A stretch of 24,524 nucleotides of DNA from positions 1-24,524 of the IMG/VR virus record IMGVR_UViG_3300037484_000194; one strand, 5' to 3'. Each line of letters opens with the position of its first letter. Within the stretch, counting starts at the first letter, position 1. A program made the position numbers and the translations under genes. Shown here one piece after another: positions 7,497-16,124 of this stretch. The stretch comes from a virus (taxonomy: Duplodnaviria > Caudoviricetes). A model generated the notes under the pieces. It ran no database searches. It saw nothing but the letters and a program-made list of their open reading frames with translations, and was not told where the DNA came from.

Positions 7497-8534
7497 ATGG
7501 CTGATGTGCCTGCATTAATTGGAGATGTAACCATCGCCACGATGGTTGGTAATTATTACGACAAAACGTGGCTTGAGCGATTCGAGGCGAATCTTAGTTA
7601 CGACAAGGATGGTGTTCAAAAGCCGCTCCCGGAAAACTCTGGGAATACGGTCATTTGGCATCAAATGCTTAACCCGTCAAGGGGTTATTCCTTGTCGGAC
7701 GGTACGACCAATAGCGCTTCTGCGGTTTCGACCCGCAAGGTCTCAGCGATTGTGGCCCAATACGGAGACGTGAAAGCGATCTCTGACAATACGGACATGC
7801 TCGCAGTGTGCCCTGTGGTTGAGGAAGCTGTGGCTGCTCTTGGATATGCGGCGGCTTTGACGAAGAACTATGTCATTGCTGACGCAATTGGTTTCGGTTC
7901 GGCTGCTTCGACTGGCGTTGCTGACGCTGCGTCGACGAAAGTTCCCTCGGTATTCACTCAAGGGTTCCCCATCATCGAAGGCAACACCGGAACGGTCTAC
8001 TGGGCCGCGACGGGATTGCTGAATGGCTTGTTTTCAACGCTCCCAACCATCGCCCACATTCGTAAGAGTGTGACGGTGCTAAAGGGTTTGAACGCGATGC
8101 CGTTCGAGGACGGGAACTTCCGCGGGATCATTGATCCTGTGGTCTCTGACGCGATTCGAACGGATACTTCATTCGCAACATGGATGGCGTATACGAATCG
8201 GGCTGCGATGGAGAAAGGCAAGCTGGCTGTGATCGAAAAGGTTCTGTTCGAGGAATCGACGGAAGCAATCGCGATCGCGGTGGCTGCCTCGGCGTGGTCT
8301 AACTCTGCCTACGTGTCGGTTGCCGGCGGGAAAACACTGCATGGAACTCTTATCTTTGGTAAGGGCGCCTACGGTGTGACTAAGCTGGGTGGCAAAGATG
8401 CAAAGGTGAATGTGATCTCGGGAGCGGAGAAATCCGATCCTAACAACCAACGGACTTATATTGCCTATAAGTTCACGATGGCTGCAAAGATCCTGAATCC
8501 TTCGGCGGGGATCATTCTGACTTACTTCGCGTAA
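7497..8534 (+). CDS. Major capsid protein, N4-gp56 family (HK97 fold)
   Basis: KPLPENSGNTVIW, QYGD, FRGIIDP, IFGKGAYGV and SDPNNQRTYIAYK match the family pattern (DPLNQR...WK); 345 aa. Confidence 0.9.
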   Translation: MADVPALIGDVTIATMVGNYYDKTWLERFEANLSYDKDGVQKPLPENSGNTVIWHQMLNPSRGYSLSDGTTNSASAVSTRKVSAIVAQYGDVKAISDNTDMLAVCPVVEEAVAALGYAAALTKNYVIADAIGFGSAASTGVADAASTKVPSVFTQGFPIIEGNTGTVYWAATGLLNGLFSTLPTIAHIRKSVTVLKGLNAMPFEDGNFRGIIDPVVSDAIRTDTSFATWMAYTNRAAMEKGKLAVIEKVLFEESTEAIAIAVAASAWSNSAYVSVAGGKTLHGTLIFGKGAYGVTKLGGKDAKVNVISGAEKSDPNNQRTYIAYKFTMAAKILNPSAGIILTYFA

Positions 8535-8538
8535 GCAG

Positions 8539-8590
8539 TTTCGGACGCCTCCCTGGGTGCTTCCCCGCACTCAGGGCGGGCGCTCCGAAA
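8539..8590 (+). promoter_or_regulatory. Long GC-rich hairpin after the capsid gene, without a U-tract
   Basis: TTTCGGA-CGCCT-CCCTGGGTGC / GCACTCAGGG-GGGCG-TCCGAAA, about 22 bp allowing G-U pairs and two bulges. Confidence 0.75.
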
Positions 8591-8597
8591 GGGAAAC

Positions 8598-8825
8598 ATG
8601 GACGATACGCAAAGAGACAAAAAGATGGCCTTGATTGAGAACCAGTGCAAGATTCTCATGTCTTCTTTTGATTCCGTGATTATCTTTGCGACGAAATATG
8701 AAAATGGGGATACCGCGCATTTTGTTGAAGGAGATGGCAATTGGTTTGCGCGGTACGGACAAGTTAGGGAATGGGTAAATAGTCAGGAAAGAGTCGATAT
8801 TAAGGGGAGCGATAAGGAGCCATGA
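8598..8825 (+). CDS. Hypothetical protein (GNWFARYGQVREW motif)
   Basis: 75 aa; purine-rich RBS; stop coupled to ATG 8822. Confidence 0.7.
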   Translation: MDDTQRDKKMALIENQCKILMSSFDSVIIFATKYENGDTAHFVEGDGNWFARYGQVREWVNSQERVDIKGSDKEP

Positions 8826-9568
8826 AAGTATTAATCATTGGAGCAGGACAGATCGGGAAGGCGATCTATGAGATCGTCAAACCATTCCACAATGCTCAGA
8901 TTCGAGATGTGCAGGATTTGAGCATGGACGGCGTAGAGATCTTGCATATCTGCTATCCGGATGGCTTGTATTTTGTTTCGGACACTATGAAATATATTGA
9001 TCAATATAGACCGTCTCTAACCATCATTCACTCATCCGTTGCGGTTGGAAAGACCGATCAATGCGGTTCCCATGTTGTGCATTGCCCGGTTCGTGGTCGT
9101 CATCCGAATTTAGATAAGGAAATTCCAGCGTTCATTCTGTTCGTCGGAGGAAATAACAAAGAGGACGTCATCAAAGCCTGTTTGTATCTGGAAGGGTTCA
9201 ATGTGGTAACTAAGCCGGTTTATTACCCGATGGCGACGGAAGCCTGCAAATTGTTATCGAACATTCATATGGGTGTGGAGATTGCCTGGAGACAAGAGGC
9301 GCAGAGGATCCTTGATGGCTTCGGAATCGACTCGAAAGTTTATGAGGAATGGGAAGACACATACAACATGGGCTATCGGATCACTGGGGATGAACAATTG
9401 ACTAGACCCAGGCTAAGACCTGATCCGATCGGGGGGCATTGCATTCTGCAATGCACGGAGATCTTGAGTGCGCAATATCCGTCTCACATATTTGACTTCA
9501 TTAAAGAATCGAATGAAAAAGCGAAAAGACATCTCACTGAAACAGCCCGAGAAACCGTCAACGCCTAA
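8822..9568 (+). CDS. UDP-glucose/GDP-mannose dehydrogenase family protein, short form
   Basis: Rossmann IIGAGQIG, HSSVAVG, EACKLLSN (catalytic Lys region) and IGGHCI (catalytic Cys); only 248 aa. Confidence 0.8.
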   Translation: MKVLIIGAGQIGKAIYEIVKPFHNAQIRDVQDLSMDGVEILHICYPDGLYFVSDTMKYIDQYRPSLTIIHSSVAVGKTDQCGSHVVHCPVRGRHPNLDKEIPAFILFVGGNNKEDVIKACLYLEGFNVVTKPVYYPMATEACKLLSNIHMGVEIAWRQEAQRILDGFGIDSKVYEEWEDTYNMGYRITGDEQLTRPRLRPDPIGGHCILQCTEILSAQYPSHIFDFIKESNEKAKRHLTETARETVNA

Positions 9569-10688
9569 GTTTCTGACATTCGGGAAACCGGATATCACGG
9601 AAGCTGAGATCGAGGCGGTGGCTGCTGTCATGCGTTCAGGATGGCTATCGACTGGATCTGTGGTAAACGAATTCGAGAAAGCGTTCGAGAAGTTTATCGG
9701 AGAAGGCTATGCGGTCGCGGTGTCGTCTTGTACGGAGGCCCTGCGGTTGTCTCTGGCGGTGTCTAATGCCGGATGCGGGCATGAGGTCATTACAAGTCCC
9801 ATGACGTTTGCGGCGACTGCCAATGCGATCTTAGCCAACGATTCTAAGCCGGTATTCGTCGATGTGACATCATCCGGGCACATGAATCCTGACGAAATCG
9901 AGAGAAACATTACAGGAAAGACGAAGGCCATTATCCCGGTCCATTACACAGGGGCCTCTGCTGATTTAAAACCCATTCTTGAGTTGGCCGAGAAATACCG
10001 GATCACGGTGATTGAAGATGCGGCGCACTCATTTGATGGGGAGTATGTAGAGCCCATGTCCGATAAGATCCCCGGCCTCCGGCACAAGATCGGAACGGTC
10101 AGTCCATACACCTGTTTTAGTTTCTATCCGACGAAGAATATCACTTGCGGGGAAGGTGGGATGGTCATGTGCCGTAACAAAGACATAGCCGAGCGCATCA
10201 AGACGCTTTCCATGCAGGGTCTATCATCGGGAGCCTGGAAGCGTTATGGATCTGGCCCGATTAGGTCCTACGAGGTTAGTTATGCCGGCTATAAAGGGAA
10301 TATGACCGATATTCAGGCGGCTATTGGTTTGACCCAACTTGGTCGATGGCCTGAAATGAAGGCACGGCGGGACGCTATATGGACGGTTTATGAGGACGCA
10401 TTCGGTCTTAAAGAACCTGGGCATTCAAAGCACTTGTTTACGATCCGATCTCCGAAACGCGATCAATTGCGACAACATCTCTATGGCCGCGGCATAGGCA
10501 CAGGGATACAGTTCTCCCCTTTGCATCTTGAGCCTGGGTATGTGTCTCTTGGATACAAGCGCGGTGATTTCCCGAAGGCTGAGAAGATTGGCGCCGAAAC
10601 GGTTTCTTTGCCTGTTTCTTCGACGATGACGGAAGATGATGCCTATCGCGTAGTCGCCGCGGTCAAGGAATTCGAGGCTTTGCTATGA
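9513..10688 (+). CDS. DegT/DnrJ/EryC1/StrS family PLP-dependent sugar aminotransferase
   Basis: SGWLSTG, VSSCTEAL, IIPVHYTG, VIEDAAHS and FSFYPTKNITCGEGG (PLP lysine). Start taken as ATG 9513. Confidence 0.95.
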   Translation: MKKRKDISLKQPEKPSTPKFLTFGKPDITEAEIEAVAAVMRSGWLSTGSVVNEFEKAFEKFIGEGYAVAVSSCTEALRLSLAVSNAGCGHEVITSPMTFAATANAILANDSKPVFVDVTSSGHMNPDEIERNITGKTKAIIPVHYTGASADLKPILELAEKYRITVIEDAAHSFDGEYVEPMSDKIPGLRHKIGTVSPYTCFSFYPTKNITCGEGGMVMCRNKDIAERIKTLSMQGLSSGAWKRYGSGPIRSYEVSYAGYKGNMTDIQAAIGLTQLGRWPEMKARRDAIWTVYEDAFGLKEPGHSKHLFTIRSPKRDQLRQHLYGRGIGTGIQFSPLHLEPGYVSLGYKRGDFPKAEKIGAETVSLPVSSTMTEDDAYRVVAAVKEFEALL

Positions 10689-11281
10689 AAGACGACAAAA
10701 AGAACATTGAAAGTTTGAAATCAATTGATGGGGACGATGATTTAGCCGTTGCCGCAGAAGAAGGCCAAAATCTTTTCGACATGATCCGAGAATATAATCC
10801 GAATGTCATTGTCGAAGTCGGAACCGGCCATGGGTATTCGACCATATGGATGGCCCTTGCCATGAACAAGAAATCGACGCTCTATACGATTGACCGCGAG
10901 GATTACGCTGATCTGCTAGAGAAACAGTTCATAAAAGACAAGGAGATCATCCAGATCCAAGGCGAACTAAAGGACCGGATGAGCGAATTGCCGGAGTCAA
11001 TTGATTTTGTGTTTCTGGATTTCCAACATCAAATTGAAAAGATTGTTGCGGACATAGAATTGATTCAAAGTCGTTTATCCAGCAATGGAATCATTGTCGT
11101 TCATGACACTGAGTATTGTCCCGAGATGGGGTTATGCCTTATTGACTATTTCAGTGGGGCTGAAACGGATCGACTTATGAATGTCGGAGTCAAACCGTCG
11201 TCGAAGAAATGGACTTACGAAAGCATCAAATCACAGTACGGGCTTGGAATAGCCCATAAAACGGGGAAGGGGAAAACATGA
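10685..11281 (+). CDS. Class I SAM-dependent (O-)methyltransferase
   Basis: IVEVGTGHGYST, LYTID, DFVFLD..H and GIIVVHD motifs; ATGA coupling at both ends. Confidence 0.88.
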   Translation: MKDDKKNIESLKSIDGDDDLAVAAEEGQNLFDMIREYNPNVIVEVGTGHGYSTIWMALAMNKKSTLYTIDREDYADLLEKQFIKDKEIIQIQGELKDRMSELPESIDFVFLDFQHQIEKIVADIELIQSRLSSNGIIVVHDTEYCPEMGLCLIDYFSGAETDRLMNVGVKPSSKKWTYESIKSQYGLGIAHKTGKGKT

Positions 11282-12948
11282 CTATTCAGTTAGCGCCGGA
11301 GCCGTTGATTTCGTTTATCGTGCCCATCTATAAGCTGCCCAAGGATGAGCTACAGCGTTGTTTGGGGAGTCTGCTTGATCAGGACTACCCGAACATGGAA
11401 GTCATCTGTGTAATGGATGGCCCAGACGTAAATCTTTTGAACGTGGCGGTTGATTTCTTAAAAGACAAGCGGTTTAAAGTGATCGAGATGGAACATGGTG
11501 GGGCCTGCGCGGCTCGTAATGCCGGATTTAAGGCATCTGCAGGCGAAATTGTATCGTTCTTCAACTCAGATTATATCGCCAAGCCAGGCATGGTGCGAAT
11601 GTGGGTCAATGAACTACAAAAACACCCTGAATGTGGGTTTATTTATGGTGGTTACGAATGGGGAACGAGCCATCGGAACGCCTACCCATCCCAACCTTTT
11701 GATGAATGGCTGCTTACTCAAGCCAATTACATCGACTGCGGGTTTCCCCTCTGGAGAAAATACGTGGTTGATTGGGATCCTAACTGTAAAAGCCTGCAAG
11801 ATTGGGATTTTTGGCTTCGTGTGATCAAGACGCATGGCGTCAAAGGTAATTTCCTGGGCCGTGAAATCTCATATATCGCCGCTCCTCCGAAACCAGGGGG
11901 TCTATCGTTTGATTCGCATGGGAATTGGGTCGAGCGCGTAAAGTATGTCCGTGAAAAGAACGATATCCCCACTAATGACATGGTTGTTACGTCGCTCGGA
12001 GCGCCTCATCATGGTAAGAGCATCGCTCAGATGATAGGCGCGGACTTTCGAGATGGGACTATCCTCAAACCAAATCAGTATAAGGCCCTATACATGATCG
12101 GTTTCTACATGAAGCCGTCCGATGTTCACAATCAACATGCCCAGATCCTGGGGTTCTATAAAGACTCAGTAAAGATCGTGCATTTTGTAGGCGCTGACAT
12201 CTACTGGCTGAAACGGTTCAGTCATGCGGACTTAAAGACTTTGGCCGGCGCATTGACGCTTCAATGTGACCACATTCTTTGTGAAACTGAGCACGCGAAG
12301 CGCGAACTGGCTGAAATGGGTATCCAAGCTGACATCGTTGCAATACCTCCTTATCAGGATTATGAGATCACGCCACTTCCTGAGAAGTTCAAGGTAGCCA
12401 TATTCCTGACCAATCACAGCGACTTTGACAAGTATTGTCGGGAAGATACGCTGTCGATTGTGAGGGCTATGCCGGATGTTCAATTCACGGCTTACGGCGA
12501 TTACGGGAAAGACGAGATCTATTATCCGAACATGACGCATGTCGGGAACATCTGGGGAGATGCGTGGAAACAGTTTGTTTACGACCATTCATGCTATCTG
12601 AGAATTGTTCGTCACGACACGCGGCCCATGGCGTCCGATGAGTTTATCTTGGCCGGGCGAGATGTTGTGACCAATATCCCGCTGCCCTATCAGCGGTATG
12701 TATCTACGGCCGGAGATCAAAATAAGAATGAACAGGATTTCTTTGGGACCGGATTAAATGCCCATTATTGGCCCAAGACGAAGAAAAAAATAGTGCAGAT
12801 GATCCGCGAAGTTCGAAAACACTCGAACCAGAAGAAGGATATCGCTCAAATGGCGCGTGAAGAATATTCCGCCATCCTAGACCGTGAGAAGTACATCAAG
12901 ACTATAAAAGGGTTCTGCGTGGAGAAGGAGCTGGCCCATGTCGCCTAA
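11278..12948 (+). CDS. Two-domain glycosyltransferase: N-terminal GT2 plus a divergent, possibly GT-B-like C-terminal domain
   Basis: ISFIVPIY, CLGSLLDQDYPNMEVICVMDG, GACAARNAG, FFNSD and QDWDFWLR. The C-terminal ~320 aa (VHFVGADI, EFILAGRDVVTN) suggests a second GT, with lower certainty. Confidence 0.88.
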   Translation: MTIQLAPEPLISFIVPIYKLPKDELQRCLGSLLDQDYPNMEVICVMDGPDVNLLNVAVDFLKDKRFKVIEMEHGGACAARNAGFKASAGEIVSFFNSDYIAKPGMVRMWVNELQKHPECGFIYGGYEWGTSHRNAYPSQPFDEWLLTQANYIDCGFPLWRKYVVDWDPNCKSLQDWDFWLRVIKTHGVKGNFLGREISYIAAPPKPGGLSFDSHGNWVERVKYVREKNDIPTNDMVVTSLGAPHHGKSIAQMIGADFRDGTILKPNQYKALYMIGFYMKPSDVHNQHAQILGFYKDSVKIVHFVGADIYWLKRFSHADLKTLAGALTLQCDHILCETEHAKRELAEMGIQADIVAIPPYQDYEITPLPEKFKVAIFLTNHSDFDKYCREDTLSIVRAMPDVQFTAYGDYGKDEIYYPNMTHVGNIWGDAWKQFVYDHSCYLRIVRHDTRPMASDEFILAGRDVVTNIPLPYQRYVSTAGDQNKNEQDFFGTGLNAHYWPKTKKKIVQMIREVRKHSNQKKDIAQMAREEYSAILDREKYIKTIKGFCVEKELAHVA

Positions 12949-13621
12949 GATCAGCTTCGTTGTCCCGACAAAGAATAGAGTTGAGTGGCTTCCGGAATGT
13001 CTTGGAGGGTTACTCGCGCAATCCATCCAAGATATTGAAGTGATTGTCGTTAATGACGGGTCCGATGATGGGACTAAAGAACTCCTAGAGGATCATTTCT
13101 CTGTTGATCCAAGAATTAAGGTCATCAATAATTCTGTGTCAAAGGGTGCTGGTATGGCCAGAAACCAAGGGAATTCGATTGCCCAGGCTCCGATTATTGG
13201 AGTCTGTGATGATGATGACGTTTACCCGACGGACAGGGCTGATCGAATATTGAAATTCTTTGAAAAGTATCCAGAGGGAATGATGATGACTGCCCCCTAT
13301 GTCCAGATCGGATACAACAATCAGATCATGGAAGCATTCGACGGTCTTGCATTCGATGAGGAAGACTTTAAAAAGAACGGGAACATAAATTACTTCTGTC
13401 ATCCGGCCGCGGCCTATACGTTAAAGGACATTAACGAGGTCGGAGGATATAAGCCAGAAACGGACCAGTTGACTGATGATGTTCAGCTCGTCAAAGATTG
13501 GATTATGGCAGGGAAAAAAATCGGGTTCATGGCTGGCGAGTATTTATGCTGTCATCGAGTTCTTCCTGATTCCATGATGGTAAAACACAGGGGTTTTAAC
13601 CCCGCTTGGGCTACAAAATGA
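12938..13621 (+). CDS. Glycosyltransferase family 2
   Basis: ISFVVPTKNR, EVIVVNDGSDD, GAGMARNQG, CDDDD and TDD motifs; no TM segment. Confidence 0.93.
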   Translation: MSPKISFVVPTKNRVEWLPECLGGLLAQSIQDIEVIVVNDGSDDGTKELLEDHFSVDPRIKVINNSVSKGAGMARNQGNSIAQAPIIGVCDDDDVYPTDRADRILKFFEKYPEGMMMTAPYVQIGYNNQIMEAFDGLAFDEEDFKKNGNINYFCHPAAAYTLKDINEVGGYKPETDQLTDDVQLVKDWIMAGKKIGFMAGEYLCCHRVLPDSMMVKHRGFNPAWATK

Positions 13622-15426
13622 GCAATATCGCGCCTGAAATGACGAAGGAGCATGTGGTTCAGGACCACGAAAAATACCCTGATATTTGGGAAAACGGTCT
13701 TGAAAACTACCCTTTTGCTCAATCGAGAATAGCTCCGGTGATCTATGAGATACCGGATGGGTCAAAAGTATTAGACGTTGGATGCAATAGCGGGGAGTTA
13801 ATCAAATACCTAAAAGATAAGAAAAACTGCGACGTTACCGGTGTTGATGTTTCCGCTCCCATGGTCGAGAAATGCAAAGCTAAAGGACTGAATGTCCTCC
13901 TTTGCGATGCTGATCGACTCCCATTTGAAAACGGGATATTTGATGTGGTTGTTTTATGCGAGGTCCTGGAGCATTTCCACGATCCAGTGACGTATCTCAA
14001 AGAGATCAAACGCGTATTGAAGCCATCAGGATTTCTAATTGGGACGTGCCCACACGCTAACCTCGAAAGATATATCTGGTCAGACCAGCGCCTACACCAT
14101 CAGTATTACACCGAAGAGGGTATCAAGAGAGATTTCGACCAAGTCTTCGATAAGCATTATTTGCGTGTCCTGACAGGCGCCCAGTTCAACATGGGCATGG
14201 CAACGTCATTCCTAGCGAATGAGCCGGCCGAGATTCTTTTTAAATGCGGTGAATCTACCCTTCAACCATGGGAAACGATTCTAAAGGAGTCGAAATCGCT
14301 TAGGGCGTGGTTCGGATGGACTCAGCTTTCCGGAGATGTGTACTACCGGATGCGTGGGTATGCCGACAAGATGCGCGATAACGGTTTGGATATTGCTTAT
14401 GAGGACTTTGAATACAACGGATCTGAATTTCAAATGCAGTGGCAGGGCAGTATCCGAAATCGGTTTGTAATGAACAAGCTAGAGGATATTTTGAAGATCG
14501 CGGATCTATCAGTGTGGCAGCTCGTGGCGAATATGTCATGTTTGGCTTTCTTGCGTTGCGCGAAGGATCTAATCAAGAAGCCAATGATCACTGAAATTGA
14601 CGACTGGATATTGGATCTTCCTGCATACAACATCGCGTCAAACCCGTATCGTCCGAATTCAGAGCCTGAGTGGGTTTGTACTGAGCAGATGCGACTGTCT
14701 GATGCCTTTATCGTGTCAACGTCCTATATCAAAGAGCGTATTCTTGAAATGTTCCCTGGTAAGCCTGTCCACGTCATTCCGAACAGCATCGACTTCAAGA
14801 TCTGGGATAACCTGAAACCTGTCGAGATGGCAGAACACGCCAAGAAGCCTGGAATGATCCGAATCGGGTATACGGGCTGCGGTAACCACGATGGTGATAT
14901 GGAGTTGATCAAGCGTCCGATCGCCAAGATCCTCGAAGAGTTCCCGAACGTTGAATTTGTGACATCCCATCCCTTCCCAACGTGGTCGGATATCAAGAGC
15001 GATAGGTTTATCAACCTAAATCGATGGGTCTTAATCGACAAGTATCCAAATGAAGTGGCCGGCTGGAAAGCGGATATCTTTGTCGCTCCGCTTCGTGACA
15101 ATATGTTTAACCGTGGGAAATCTAATCTTAGGTGGTTGGAATCGTCTGCTTTAAAAGTTCCGATCGTTACAAGCCGAATTCGACCGTTTAAAGAAAGCAT
15201 CACAGAAGGCGAAGATGGCTTAATGGCCTCTTCGGAAAAAGAGTGGTATGACCAATTAAAGAGTTTGATCGTCGATGAACAGAAGCGAGTTCATCTCGGG
15301 GAGACTGCCTACGCTAATGTAAAGCGCGATTTCGATATGGATGAAATCGCAAAACAGTACGGCAAGATCCTTGAGGAGATAAAATGGACCGCTCAGCGCT
15401 CGACGCAGAAATTGGCCGCCTCCTAG
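13618..15426 (+). CDS. Methyltransferase-glycosyltransferase (GT-B/GT4-like) fusion
   Basis: N-terminal VLDVGCNSG, LPF..FDVVVLCEVLEH and RVLKPSG; C-terminal EIDD, HVIPNSID, RIGYTG, DIFVAPL, FNRGKSNLRWLE and VPIVTS. ATG 13618 overlaps the upstream TGA. Confidence 0.92.
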   Translation: MSNIAPEMTKEHVVQDHEKYPDIWENGLENYPFAQSRIAPVIYEIPDGSKVLDVGCNSGELIKYLKDKKNCDVTGVDVSAPMVEKCKAKGLNVLLCDADRLPFENGIFDVVVLCEVLEHFHDPVTYLKEIKRVLKPSGFLIGTCPHANLERYIWSDQRLHHQYYTEEGIKRDFDQVFDKHYLRVLTGAQFNMGMATSFLANEPAEILFKCGESTLQPWETILKESKSLRAWFGWTQLSGDVYYRMRGYADKMRDNGLDIAYEDFEYNGSEFQMQWQGSIRNRFVMNKLEDILKIADLSVWQLVANMSCLAFLRCAKDLIKKPMITEIDDWILDLPAYNIASNPYRPNSEPEWVCTEQMRLSDAFIVSTSYIKERILEMFPGKPVHVIPNSIDFKIWDNLKPVEMAEHAKKPGMIRIGYTGCGNHDGDMELIKRPIAKILEEFPNVEFVTSHPFPTWSDIKSDRFINLNRWVLIDKYPNEVAGWKADIFVAPLRDNMFNRGKSNLRWLESSALKVPIVTSRIRPFKESITEGEDGLMASSEKEWYDQLKSLIVDEQKRVHLGETAYANVKRDFDMDEIAKQYGKILEEIKWTAQRSTQKLAAS

Positions 15427-16124
15427 CCGATCCATCTCATGCTCGGTGGGATACCGATACCCTTCATACAAGAATTGAATTCATACAGCAGGAAGTCCAG
15501 GCTCTAACGGGCGCGGTTAAAACTGTTGAATCATTAACTCCTACGGCGGATGTTGCAGAAGTTACGCTTGACGATGAAACCATTGATATCACCCGAGCGA
15601 CACTGACCGAAACGGATGGGAATGTACATATCCTTATTGGGCGCAGTCGTGAGGATCTTGATTTCTACGAGCCAAGCTGGCCGAATTACTCTTCAAGCCT
15701 TCCTACGCAGTTCTTCTATGACGTTTCCAACAGGCAGCTTGTATTAGTCCCCCCACCATCCTCGGATTATGCAACGGCGGGGGCATTGAAAGTATGGGAA
15801 GTTCGAACGCCGACTCCTCTTGCCGGAGACTCTTCTGAACCTTTCGATGGGAATGTGACCATGCGGGCCTATACCCGAGCTGTTGTGCATGGTGTGGTCG
15901 CTCTTTGCTTAATGGATAACGGAGACCCCGAAAGTCTCGCTAAGGTCAAATTTCACAGGTCGAACGACACGAATGTTCCCGGTGAGTACGAGAAGATGTT
16001 AAAGCAGATCAATGCGAAATTCACTCATCCGAGTGTGATACCGGAACGAATTAAATGGATGCCGCAGGGAGGACGTTTGGGAGGCGGGAAGTGGCCCAGC
16101 AAGGCGTACCCTTTTGGTGGTTAA
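15384..16124 (+). CDS. Head-tail adaptor / tail tubular protein A-like (putative)
   Basis: GAGGAG RBS; N-terminal RLLADP..RWD..L, central PTQFF...LVPPP; size and position before the nozzle fit podoviral adaptors. Confidence 0.7.
   Translation: MDRSALDAEIGRLLADPSHARWDTDTLHTRIEFIQQEVQALTGAVKTVESLTPTADVAEVTLDDETIDITRATLTETDGNVHILIGRSREDLDFYEPSWPNYSSSLPTQFFYDVSNRQLVLVPPPSSDYATAGALKVWEVRTPTPLAGDSSEPFDGNVTMRAYTRAVVHGVVALCLMDNGDPESLAKVKFHRSNDTNVPGEYEKMLKQINAKFTHPSVIPERIKWMPQGGRLGGGKWPSKAYPFGG

Noticed and set aside
8822-15426. Host LPS/capsule locus or GtrABC-type serotype conversion cassette
   Set aside because: No flippase, polymerase, bactoprenol-linked or membrane GT is present, and the genes are coupled into the phage late operon. 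A host-surface target is disfavoured, though not excluded.
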